A stretch of 64,000 bases of DNA from an uncultured Eubacteriales bacterium (GTDB lineage: Bacteria > Bacillota_I > Bacilli_A > RF39 > UBA660): positions 78,181-142,180 of the forward strand of contig CAJJKI010000002.1 in the NCBI GenBank assembly GCA_905188025.1, given 5' to 3'. Below the pieces are notes generated by a model. That model saw only the letters and a list, made by a program, of their open reading frames with translations, searched no databases and had not been told where the DNA came from. Position numbers and translations under genes: made by a program. Below are positions 10,617 through 19,076 of the stretch, in pieces (the stretch's first letter is position 1; each line of letters starts with the position of its first letter).

Positions 10617-11411
10617 ATGGTGAATATGAAACAGAGAACAATTAGTGCGATCATACTATTAATATTACTTGTAGGTAGTTTAGTTATTAGTAGTAAATTA
10701 TTTGGAATAGTAATGTTATTAGTAGCAGTACTAGGATTTAATGAGTTTTTTGATATAAAATATCATGATAAAGAAAAGAAACTTAAATATATAAAGATAT
10801 TAGGAATAATTAGTTTGATATTGATTACTTTAAATGAAACATTTTATAGTTTAGATTTAAGAACAGTTATCTTATTACCATTAATTATATTAAGTATACC
10901 AATAGTTATATATAATGATAATGAATTATATAGTATTAATGATTGTATGTATGTACTTGGAATAGTATATTTTTTAGGGCTATCTTTTGAGAATATAATA
11001 TATTTAAGAGATACTCAAATGGCTAAATGTATATTTATTTTTATCGTAGCTTTTATTACTGATACATATGCTTATATAGGAGGTAGTTTGGTTGGAAGAC
11101 ATAAACTTACTTCAATATCTCCGAAGAAGACAATAGAGGGTAGTGTTATAGGTACAGTAATGGGAGTACTTATAGGAAGTGTCTACTATTACAATGTAGT
11201 AGGAGGAGTATCAGTACCTATGACAATACTACTATGTTTGATATTAACAATATTATCAGAGATAGGAGATTTAATGTTTAGTAGTATAAAGAGATATTTT
11301 AATAAGAAAGATTATTCAAATTTGATTCCAGGACATGGAGGAGTATTAGATAGATTTGATAGTGTTATATATGTATCACTTGGTTTATCATTAATACTTA
11401 GTATGATGTAA
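10617..11411 (+). CDS. cdsA: phosphatidate cytidylyltransferase
   Basis: Multi-TM protein with PKKTIEGS and SSIKR...KD.S.LIPGHGGVLDRFDS signatures. Confidence 0.9.
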   Translation: MVNMKQRTISAIILLILLVGSLVISSKLFGIVMLLVAVLGFNEFFDIKYHDKEKKLKYIKILGIISLILITLNETFYSLDLRTVILLPLIILSIPIVIYNDNELYSINDCMYVLGIVYFLGLSFENIIYLRDTQMAKCIFIFIVAFITDTYAYIGGSLVGRHKLTSISPKKTIEGSVIGTVMGVLIGSVYYYNVVGGVSVPMTILLCLILTILSEIGDLMFSSIKRYFNKKDYSNLIPGHGGVLDRFDSVIYVSLGLSLILSMM

Positions 11412-11427
11412 GAGAAGGAGGAGGATT

Positions 11428-12471
11428 ATGTTATCACTTTTATGGTTTATTCTTATTTTAGGAGCAATAGTAGCTGTTCATGAATTTGGACATTTTATAT
11501 TTGCTAAGTTATCAAATATTTATGTATATGAATTTTCTATAGGTATGGGAAAGAAAATATTTGGAAAGAAACGTAAGGGAGGAGAAACGGAATTTTGTAT
11601 TAGAGCTGTTCCTTTAGGGGGATATGTAATGATAGCAGGAGAAGACGTTGAAGATGAAAAGATCCCTAAAGATAGACAAATGTGTAATAAGAATTTTATT
11701 AGAAGATTCTTAGTATTATTTGCAGGAGCTTTTAATAATTTTGTATTTGCTTTCTTAATGTTATTTATTAGTGCTTTAATATATGGAGCGGCTTCGACAA
11801 AGCCTTATATTGGAGAAGTAGCTGATGGATATCCTGCTAAAGAAGTAGGATTACAAGCTGGAGATTTAGTATTATCAATAGATAATGAAAAGATACATAA
11901 TTGGGATACAGCTTTAGTTAAATTACAGACTAATAAAGGAGAAACAATTACTTTTGAAGTAGAGAAGACTGATGGAACAATTAAAAAGTATGAAATTACT
12001 CCAGTAAAAGAAACTGATAAAGATGGAAACACTAGTTATAAATTTGGTATAGCTACAAGATATGAAAAAGAATATGGATTTGGTAAATCTTTGAAATATG
12101 CTTGTAATAAATTTATATCATTATTTACTAGTATGTGGGATACATTAAAATATTTATTTACTGGTAAGGTAGGAGTTAATCAATTATCAGGACCAGTAGG
12201 AATATATTCAATAGTAGATTCACAATCTAAACAAGGATTTGAAGCTATATTATATTTAGTAGCATATTTATCAATAAATGTAGGTATAATTAATTTATTA
12301 CCATTCCCAGCATTTGATGGAGGAAGAATATTATTCTTATTTATAGAGAAGATATTTAAAAAGCCTGTATCTAAGAAGACAGAGAATATTATACATACTA
12401 TTGGATTTATGTTAATTATAGGATTACTTATATATGTAACATTTAATGATCTTATTAGATTATTTAGATAA
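11428..12471 (+). CDS. rseP: RIP metalloprotease RseP (site-2 protease, M50 family)
   Basis: HEFGHF zinc motif, a PDZ-like middle region, and NLLPFPAFDGGR. Confidence 0.92.
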   Translation: MLSLLWFILILGAIVAVHEFGHFIFAKLSNIYVYEFSIGMGKKIFGKKRKGGETEFCIRAVPLGGYVMIAGEDVEDEKIPKDRQMCNKNFIRRFLVLFAGAFNNFVFAFLMLFISALIYGAASTKPYIGEVADGYPAKEVGLQAGDLVLSIDNEKIHNWDTALVKLQTNKGETITFEVEKTDGTIKKYEITPVKETDKDGNTSYKFGIATRYEKEYGFGKSLKYACNKFISLFTSMWDTLKYLFTGKVGVNQLSGPVGIYSIVDSQSKQGFEAILYLVAYLSINVGIINLLPFPAFDGGRILFLFIEKIFKKPVSKKTENIIHTIGFMLIIGLLIYVTFNDLIRLFR

Positions 12472-12491
12472 ATATATATTACAAAGACAAT

Positions 12492-12530
12492 AAAGATAAT
12501 ACTTATGGAAGTGTTATCTTTTTCTTTTTT
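12492..12530 (+). terminator. intrinsic terminator after rseP
   Basis: AAAGATAATAC pairs with GTGTTATCTTT (one G-U pair), followed by a T-run. Confidence 0.7.
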
Positions 12531-12597
12531 CTTGTTATAAAAAATAAAAATGGTACTAAAGTATTCTACTTAATTATCATTTTGAAGGTAAAAGTAT

Positions 12598-12993
12598 ATG
12601 GATAATGATAAGAATAAAAAGATAATTTTAGTGTTAGGAATATTAACAGTTATATTTACAATAATTGGTGGATCTTTAGCATACTTTTCGTGGATAAGCA
12701 GTGAATCACAAAAGGCAAATATTACTTTTGCTACAGGAGTAGATTTTCCTGATAGTAAATATTATGACGTTTACAAAGCTGCTAATGGAACCTCAATAAA
12801 CGCATTAACTGCATGCGATGGAGGAATATGTTATGGTTATTACGCGAGCTTTGTCTATACCAACAATCCATGGTTTAATCGTAGCGGTGGCTACAACATT
12901 GGTGCTAATGTGGGTGCCTTCGACTTCGTCAACACCTACGGTAGTGCCAGCCTCAGCAGATTTCGTTCGGTTGTTTCTTTCGTTGGAGCGTAG
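12598..12993 (+). CDS. small secreted or anchored protein with TasA/SipW-type signal-like N-terminus and a GC-rich CLec/FGE-like C-terminal tail
   Basis: The N-terminus ...IIGGSLAYFSW resembles the GGTLAYF signal class. The C-terminus NPWFNRSGGYNIGANVGAFDF...SRFRSVVS resembles the RGG...GFR tail of FGE-sulfatase/C-type-lectin-fold domains. Confidence 0.6.
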   Translation: MDNDKNKKIILVLGILTVIFTIIGGSLAYFSWISSESQKANITFATGVDFPDSKYYDVYKAANGTSINALTACDGGICYGYYASFVYTNNPWFNRSGGYNIGANVGAFDFVNTYGSASLSRFRSVVSFVGA

Positions 12994-13113
12994 TGATTTC
13001 ATATTATATTATGTATATGGAGATTGAGTTAATATTGATAGGGATGATGAGTAGGTAGAGGGAGTTTATCTATGATTTAACTTAATGAAAGGGAATATAA
13101 TTGTAGGGTAAGT

Positions 13114-13155
13114 AAAACCTCATCTTATAGATATGTGATAAGATGAGGTTTTTAG
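13114..13155. terminator. bidirectional intrinsic terminator
   Basis: AAAACCTCATCTTAT (13114-13128) pairs with ATAAGATGAGGTTTT (13138-13152). T/A runs flank both sides. Confidence 0.75.
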
Positions 13156-13167
13156 ATGGATATATTG

Positions 13168-13560
13168 TTATGAGATGAGGATATTTTTGAGAAGATTCTT
13201 TTTTTGATCTTCTTTAGGGAAGGAGATAGTTAAGATACCATTTTGATATAGAGCTTTTATATCTGATTCTCTTTTAATACCTATATAGAAACTACGTTTT
13301 ATTTCACCATATAGTCTTTCTCTTCTAATATATGTATCAGGAGAACTTGAGAGGGTATTTTTATTGGCATATATAGTTAGATAACCGTTATCATAGTTTA
13401 TCTTGATATTTTCTTTTTTTATACCAGGTAAGTCCATTTCTAAGATATAACGATTATCTTTTTCATATATATCTGTTTTCATATATTCTTTTTCTTTAGG
13501 ATAGGGATTATTGAATAAATCAAAATAATCATTTAAGTAATAATTTCTATTATGGTTCAT
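13168..13560 (-). CDS. Hsp20/alpha-crystallin family small heat-shock protein
   Basis: DIYEKDNRYILEMDLPGIKKENIKINYDNGYLTI...RRERLYGE..RSF....I.A.Y.NGILTI..PK matches the ACD pattern. Confidence 0.9.
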   Translation of the reverse strand: MNHNRNYYLNDYFDLFNNPYPKEKEYMKTDIYEKDNRYILEMDLPGIKKENIKINYDNGYLTIYANKNTLSSSPDTYIRRERLYGEIKRSFYIGIKRESDIKALYQNGILTISFPKEDQKKNLLKNILIS

Positions 13561-13684
13561 GTAATCATTCCTTTCAAGTTTATTATGGATAAGTTATATG
13601 AAAATAATACGATAATATAGTGTAAAATAATGATATATTATATATAAATAAAGAGAAATATGATATAATTATATGGGTGGTTAT

Positions 13685-14770
13685 ATGTATAATAGAGCAC
13701 TAGAAGTATTAAATATTTTATGTGATAAGGGTTATATAGCATATATAGTAGGAGGATATCCTAGAGATATGTTATTAGGAATAAAGACTAATGATATAGA
13801 TATTTGTACTAATGCTACTCCTAAGGAGATAATAGAAATATTTGATACGGATAATATTAGTGATACTAATTATGGATCGGTAAGAGTGATATATAAGAAT
13901 TATCACTTTGATGTGACTACTTTTAGGAAAGATATTAAGTATGAAAATAATCGTAGACCTGTAAAGGTTAAATATATTAATGATCTTAAGAAAGATTTAC
14001 TTAGAAGAGATTTTACTATTAATACTATGTGTATTGATAAAGATGGTAATTTGATAGATATGCTTGGTGCTAAGAGTGATATTGATAAGAGAATAATTAA
14101 GACAGTAGGAAATCCAAGATATCGTATTAAAGAAGATAGTTTAAGAATACTTAGAGCAATTCGTTTTGCAGGAGTACTTGATTTTGATATAGATAGTAAG
14201 ACATTTAATTATATAAGAAAATATGGATATTTACTTAAGAATTTATCATATTCTAGGAAGAAGGAAGAACTTAATAAGATATTTTCTTCAGTTAATAAGG
14301 AGAAGGCTAGAAGGTTAATTATAGATAGTGGAATAGATAAATATTTAGATATTAATAATTTAGAAGAAATAGTTCTATGTGATGATATAATTGGTATATG
14401 GAGTCAGTTAGAAGTAGATGATAGTTATCCATTCTCTAAGGTAGAGAAAGAGATGATTAAGAATATTAGAAGAATGAATCAAGAGGATTTTAATGAATAT
14501 ACAGTATATAAATATGGGTTATATGTATCTACTGTAGTAGGAAGTATTAAGGGAATTAGTTATAAGGAGATTAATGATATATATCATAATTTAGTTATTA
14601 CTTCTAGGAAGGATATAGATATTAAGGCTATGGATATAGCTAAGGCTCTTGATAGTAAGCCTGGGAGTTATATTAGTGATATATTTATTGATATTGAGAA
14701 AGAGATAGTAATGAAGAGACTTAAGAATGATAAGAAAGATATTATTAGATATATAAAGAAACATTATTAG
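13685..14770 (+). CDS. cca: CCA-adding tRNA nucleotidyltransferase (poly(A) polymerase family)
   Basis: IVGGYPRDMLLG...NDIDICTNATP, RRDFTIN and RILRAIRFA motifs. Confidence 0.85.
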   Translation: MYNRALEVLNILCDKGYIAYIVGGYPRDMLLGIKTNDIDICTNATPKEIIEIFDTDNISDTNYGSVRVIYKNYHFDVTTFRKDIKYENNRRPVKVKYINDLKKDLLRRDFTINTMCIDKDGNLIDMLGAKSDIDKRIIKTVGNPRYRIKEDSLRILRAIRFAGVLDFDIDSKTFNYIRKYGYLLKNLSYSRKKEELNKIFSSVNKEKARRLIIDSGIDKYLDINNLEEIVLCDDIIGIWSQLEVDDSYPFSKVEKEMIKNIRRMNQEDFNEYTVYKYGLYVSTVVGSIKGISYKEINDIYHNLVITSRKDIDIKAMDIAKALDSKPGSYISDIFIDIEKEIVMKRLKNDKKDIIRYIKKHY

Positions 14771-14778
14771 GAGGTTTT

Positions 14779-15750
14779 ATGGGATTATTTGATAAGATAA
14801 AGAAAGCTTTTAGTGGTAATAAAACACAAGAAGAGGTAGTTAATTATGATAAGGGGTTAGAGAAGAGTAGACGGGAGTTTGTTAGTCAATTAAGTAATTT
14901 ATCTAAGAAGTATAAGAATATTTCAGAAGATTATTTTGAAGAGTTAGAGAATATTTTAATAATGGCTGATATTGGTATTAATACGGTAATGACTTTTGTA
15001 GATAGATTAAAGGATAGGGTTAAGAAAGAGAAGATAACTGATAGTAATATTTTGAAAGAGATTATTGTAGATGAGTTGTTTGTAATGTATGTTGGAAATA
15101 ATATTATTGATAGTAAGATTCATTTTAGTAGTGAAGGACCTACGGTTATTTTGTTTGTGGGAGTTAATGGTGTTGGTAAGACTACGACGATTGGTAAGAT
15201 AGGGGCAATGTATAAGAATAAGGGTAAGAAAGTGATGATGGTAGCAGGAGATACTTTTAGAGCTGGTGCTAGGGAACAACTAGAACTATGGGGAGAGAAA
15301 ACTGGTATTAGAGTTATTAGTAATGCTTCAAGTGATCCTGCAGCAGTTATGTATGATGCACTAGAGATAGCTAAGAAAGAAGAATATGATTTAGTACTTA
15401 TTGATACAGCTGGTAGACTACAAAATAAGAGTAATTTGATGGATGAACTGGCGAAGATTAATAGAGTAGTTAAAAAAATTATTCCTGAAGCTCCACATGA
15501 GACATTATTAGTGATAGATGCTACTACGGGACAAAATGGTATTAGTCAAGCTAAAGCTTTTAAAGAGATAACTAATATAACAGGAATAGTACTTACTAAA
15601 TTAGATGGTACTGCTAAAGGGGGAATAGTATTAGCTATTAAAGAAGAAGTAAATATTCCAGTTAAATATGTAGGACTAGGTGAAGGAGCAAACCAAATAG
15701 AAGCTTTTGATATAGAGAAATATATATATGGATTATTTAAAGATTTATAG
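14779..15750 (+). CDS. ftsY: signal recognition particle receptor FtsY
   Basis: GVNGVGKTTTIGK, DTAGR and TKLDGTAKGG motifs. Confidence 0.95.
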   Translation: MGLFDKIKKAFSGNKTQEEVVNYDKGLEKSRREFVSQLSNLSKKYKNISEDYFEELENILIMADIGINTVMTFVDRLKDRVKKEKITDSNILKEIIVDELFVMYVGNNIIDSKIHFSSEGPTVILFVGVNGVGKTTTIGKIGAMYKNKGKKVMMVAGDTFRAGAREQLELWGEKTGIRVISNASSDPAAVMYDALEIAKKEEYDLVLIDTAGRLQNKSNLMDELAKINRVVKKIIPEAPHETLLVIDATTGQNGISQAKAFKEITNITGIVLTKLDGTAKGGIVLAIKEEVNIPVKYVGLGEGANQIEAFDIEKYIYGLFKDL

Positions 15751-15766
15751 AGAGGAATAAAAGGAT

Positions 15767-16012
15767 ATGGATAAGAAAAAGATAAAAATATTTATGATAA
15801 TGTCTTTATTAGGAGCATTATTATTACTTGGTCTTGTGTTTGTTAATACAGCTTTTCTATCAGCATTTATGTTATGGCTAGCATTATTTATATTTAGTAT
15901 TTGTTATTATATAAAAGATGATGAGAAGTATCTTTTATTATATGGATTATTTCTTATTGGAGTATTACTAGTAATAGGAGCAGTAATATATATGGTTATG
16001 AGGGTTAGATAA
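15767..16012 (+). CDS. small hypothetical membrane protein
   Basis: 81 codons, three hydrophobic segments, AGAGGA SD. Confidence 0.5.
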   Translation: MDKKKIKIFMIMSLLGALLLLGLVFVNTAFLSAFMLWLALFIFSICYYIKDDEKYLLLYGLFLIGVLLVIGAVIYMVMRVR

Positions 16013-16305
16013 TGGAAGAACAAGAATTACTTATAATGTTATATGACTATTATGGAGAGTTATTTAATGAACAACAAAGAGAATATTTTGAAAGATATTA
16101 TTTTGATAATTTATCATTAGCAGAGATAGCAGAGAATACTGATAAGAGTAGGAATGCTATTCATAAAGGAATAAAAGCAGTATGTAGTAAATTATATGAA
16201 TATGAAAAGATACTAGGAATGTATGAGAAGAGTAAGAAGATTAGAGAGATAATTAAAGAAGTTGATGATGAGAAGATAAAACATGAATTGGAGGAGTTAT
16301 TATGA
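16012..16305 (+). CDS. ylxM: YlxM-like putative DNA-binding protein (UPF0122)
   Basis: LYDYYGELFNEQQREYFERYYFDNLSLAEIAE...SRNAIHKGIK matches the family normally found between ftsY and ffh. Confidence 0.85.
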   Translation: MEEQELLIMLYDYYGELFNEQQREYFERYYFDNLSLAEIAENTDKSRNAIHKGIKAVCSKLYEYEKILGMYEKSKKIREIIKEVDDEKIKHELEELL

Positions 16306-16469
16306 AAAATAAATTACCTGTATTAATAGAAGATAATGAATTACCTAGAAATAATTTAGATAATAATACAAGAAATAATAATTCTTTAGGATATGTAAGT
16401 GTTTTATATATAATTTCAATACTAGTGACTAGTTTTAGTGTTGCAGTAGTAATGGTATTAGGAAAGTAG
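16302..16469 (+). CDS. small hypothetical membrane protein (55 aa, not in the ORF track)
   Basis: ATGA overlap with the ylxM stop, GGAGGAG SD upstream, C-terminal TM segment VSVLYIISILVTSFSVAVVMVL. Confidence 0.4.
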   Translation: MKNKLPVLIEDNELPRNNLDNNTRNNNSLGYVSVLYIISILVTSFSVAVVMVLGK

Positions 16470-16477
16470 ATGGTATT

Positions 16478-17398
16478 ATGAATAATGAGAGTATATTAGA
16501 GAAATATGGAGAGAATTTAACAGAAGTTAAATATTTAGTAAATCCAGCAGTAGCAAGAGATAAAGAACTTAAGGAATTAGTAATGGTTTTACTTACTCCA
16601 GAGAAGTCAGCTTGTTTAGTAGGTAAGCCTGGTATTGGTAAGACTGCTATAGTAGAAGGACTTGCTTATAGGATTCAAATGGGAGATATGCCAAATGCTT
16701 TAAAGGGATATTCAGTATATAAGATTAGTACTCCGTCATTAGTAGGTAGTACTACTGGTGAAAATAGAGTAATGGAATTAATGAAAGAATTACAAACTAA
16801 AGATAAGATTATTATTTTTATAGATGAGATTCATATGCTTATGGGAGGTAGTAATCAAGGACCAATGGACTTGGCTAATATGTTTAAAGAAGGATTAGGT
16901 AGAGGTACAGTTAAGTTAATTGGTGCTACGACGGTAGATGAATATGAAAGATATATTCTTCGTGATAAGGCTTTTGTTAGAAGATTTGAAAGAATAGATA
17001 TATCAGAACCTACTCAAGAAATGTGTGTTCAAATTCTTATGAGAACGATACCAAAGATTGAGATTCAAACAGGGGTTAAATTTAATTATACGGATTTTAT
17101 AAAAGAGAATGTATGTAAATTTATAGTTAATATGACTAGTGAATATAAGAGAGTATATGAAATATCTAGTAGATATCCTGATATAGCTTTAACAGTACTT
17201 AGACAATGTTTTTCAGCAGCTTTATTTGATAATAGTAATGAAGTAAAGTTTAGACATATATATGAAGCAGTTAAGTCTACTAAGGCAGTATATCCGGACG
17301 TAATTAGAAAAGAGTTAATAGTATTTAAGGATGCATTTAAAGATGAACTTACTAGTGAAGGGGTAGAGGTAATAATACCGGAAGAGACTTCAAGATAG
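16478..17398 (+). CDS. stand-alone Clp/Hsp100-type AAA+ D1 module (no N-domain, M-domain or D2)
   Basis: GKPGIGKTAIVEGLAYRI, IIFIDEIHMLMG, LIGATTVDEYERYILRDKAFVRRFERIDISEP. This is the ClpA/B/C D1 signature in a protein of only 306 aa. Confidence 0.75.
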   Translation: MNNESILEKYGENLTEVKYLVNPAVARDKELKELVMVLLTPEKSACLVGKPGIGKTAIVEGLAYRIQMGDMPNALKGYSVYKISTPSLVGSTTGENRVMELMKELQTKDKIIIFIDEIHMLMGGSNQGPMDLANMFKEGLGRGTVKLIGATTVDEYERYILRDKAFVRRFERIDISEPTQEMCVQILMRTIPKIEIQTGVKFNYTDFIKENVCKFIVNMTSEYKRVYEISSRYPDIALTVLRQCFSAALFDNSNEVKFRHIYEAVKSTKAVYPDVIRKELIVFKDAFKDELTSEGVEVIIPEETSR

Positions 17399-17448
17399 TA
17401 ATAATAATAAATGAGATGAATGATAATACAATTAAATAGGAGGTAGAA

Positions 17449-18921
17449 ATGAAGTTAGATAGTTTATTTGAAAATATTCCTAATGAAGTTTTAAAGGGAA
17501 GTATGGATACGGAGATATTAGATATTGCATATGATTCAAGGCAAGTGAAAGATAATTATTTATTTGTAGCAATAGTAGGAAATGATCAAGATGGTCATGA
17601 TTATATTGAATCTGCAATAGATAATGGGGCTACAGCAGTTTTAGTATCTAAAGATATTGAAGTATCTAGGGATGTAACAGTTATTAAAGTAAAAGATACA
17701 AGAAGTATTTTATCAAAGTTATCAATGAGATTATTTAAGTTTCCACAAAATAAGATGAAAACAATAGCTATAACTGGTACTAAGGGAAAGACTACAGTTA
17801 GTTTTATGATCAAGAAAATAATTGAAATGTCAGGAAAGAAATGTGGTCTTATAGGTACTACAGGAGTATATATTGGGAAGAAGTATTATCCTATTAAGAA
17901 TACTACTCCAGAATCTTATGATACTTTAAAATATATGAATGAGATGGTTCATGATAAGATAGAATATATGGTAATGGAAGTATCTAGTCAAGCTCTTAAA
18001 TATGATAGAGTAAATGATATTGTTTTTGATTTTGGTGTATTTACTAATTTAACACAAGATCATATAGGCCCAGGAGAGCACTCTAGTATGGATGATTATA
18101 TAGATAGTAAAGGGAAACTATTTAGGCAATGTAATCATGGAGTTCTTAATATAGATGATGATCACTTTTATGATATGATTCAAAGAGGAGATAGCTCTAT
18201 TAATACATATGGATATAATGAAAAGGCTGATTTAAGAGCAGTTAAGTTAGATTTAGTGAGAGATGGTCATTTTGTAGGTATTAAGTTAGAGACAGCAGGA
18301 GTAATTAATGATACTTTTATGATTAGTAGTCCTGGAGAATTTTCTTCTTATAATGCAATGGCTGCTATACTTACATGTCATATGTTAGGGATAGATACTG
18401 ATTGTATCAAAGAAGCTCTTAGTAACTTTTCAGTTAAAGGAAGAGTAGAACCAGTATGGGTATCAGATGATTTTACTTTATTAATAGATTATGCTCATAA
18501 TGGAGTTAGTACTAAAAGTATTCTTAGTACTATTAGAAAATATGATCCAGGAAGAATAGTAACTATTTTTGGATGTGGTGGTAATAGAAGTAAAGATCGA
18601 AGATATGAAATGGGAGAAATAGCTTCTAAGTATTCAGATTTTTGTATAATTACTGAAGATAATAATCGTTATGAAGAATTTGATGATATAGCTAAAGATA
18701 TTATGAAGAATTTTGATAAGAAATGTGATCATGTTATTATTCCTGATAGAAAAGAAGCTATTAAGTATGCAATAGAGAATGGTAAAAAGGGAGATATTAT
18801 TATGCTTATTGGAAAGGGACATGAAGATTATAAAGAAATTAAAGGAGTAAGATATCCTTTTGATGAGCGTGTAGTAATTAAAGAAATATTAGAAGAACTT
18901 GGTAGAAAGAAAAGTAATTAG
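17449..18921 (+). CDS. murE: UDP-N-acetylmuramoyl-L-alanyl-D-glutamate ligase MurE (amino-acid specificity not resolved)
   Basis: GTKGKTT P-loop, Mur ligase central and C-terminal domain pattern, EDNNRYE in place of the DNPR motif. Confidence 0.92.
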   Translation: MKLDSLFENIPNEVLKGSMDTEILDIAYDSRQVKDNYLFVAIVGNDQDGHDYIESAIDNGATAVLVSKDIEVSRDVTVIKVKDTRSILSKLSMRLFKFPQNKMKTIAITGTKGKTTVSFMIKKIIEMSGKKCGLIGTTGVYIGKKYYPIKNTTPESYDTLKYMNEMVHDKIEYMVMEVSSQALKYDRVNDIVFDFGVFTNLTQDHIGPGEHSSMDDYIDSKGKLFRQCNHGVLNIDDDHFYDMIQRGDSSINTYGYNEKADLRAVKLDLVRDGHFVGIKLETAGVINDTFMISSPGEFSSYNAMAAILTCHMLGIDTDCIKEALSNFSVKGRVEPVWVSDDFTLLIDYAHNGVSTKSILSTIRKYDPGRIVTIFGCGGNRSKDRRYEMGEIASKYSDFCIITEDNNRYEEFDDIAKDIMKNFDKKCDHVIIPDRKEAIKYAIENGKKGDIIMLIGKGHEDYKEIKGVRYPFDERVVIKEILEELGRKKSN

Positions 18922-18929
18922 ATATAAAT

Positions 18930-18962
18930 AAACTCTTCACAAAAATAGTGAGGAGTTTTATT
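18930..18962 (+). terminator. probable intrinsic terminator after murE
   Basis: AAACTCTTCAC pairs with GTGAGGAGTTT (one wobble), followed by TTTTA. Confidence 0.55.
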
Positions 18963-19076
18963 AAGTGATAGATAGTTAGATTATTATAATAAATATTTAT
19001 TTAAGTGATGGACTAAATTGTAATGATTTGATAAAATATTATTATAATAAGTGGATTATGATAAGTGGTGATATAA

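Noticed and set aside
12805-13027. Two overlapping ORFs (12805..13002 minus, 12818..13027 plus) across the end of the 12598 gene.
   Set aside because: They exist only because the local ~49% GC block lacks stop codons in other frames. The 12598 frame has the signal peptide, the SD context and the recognisable CLec/FGE-like tail.
12598-13167. A complete diversity-generating retroelement (TR plus reverse transcriptase) next to the VR-like block.
   Set aside because: I found no second copy of the 12838-12990 sequence and no RT-like ORF in the window. Only the orphan VR-like signature is reported.
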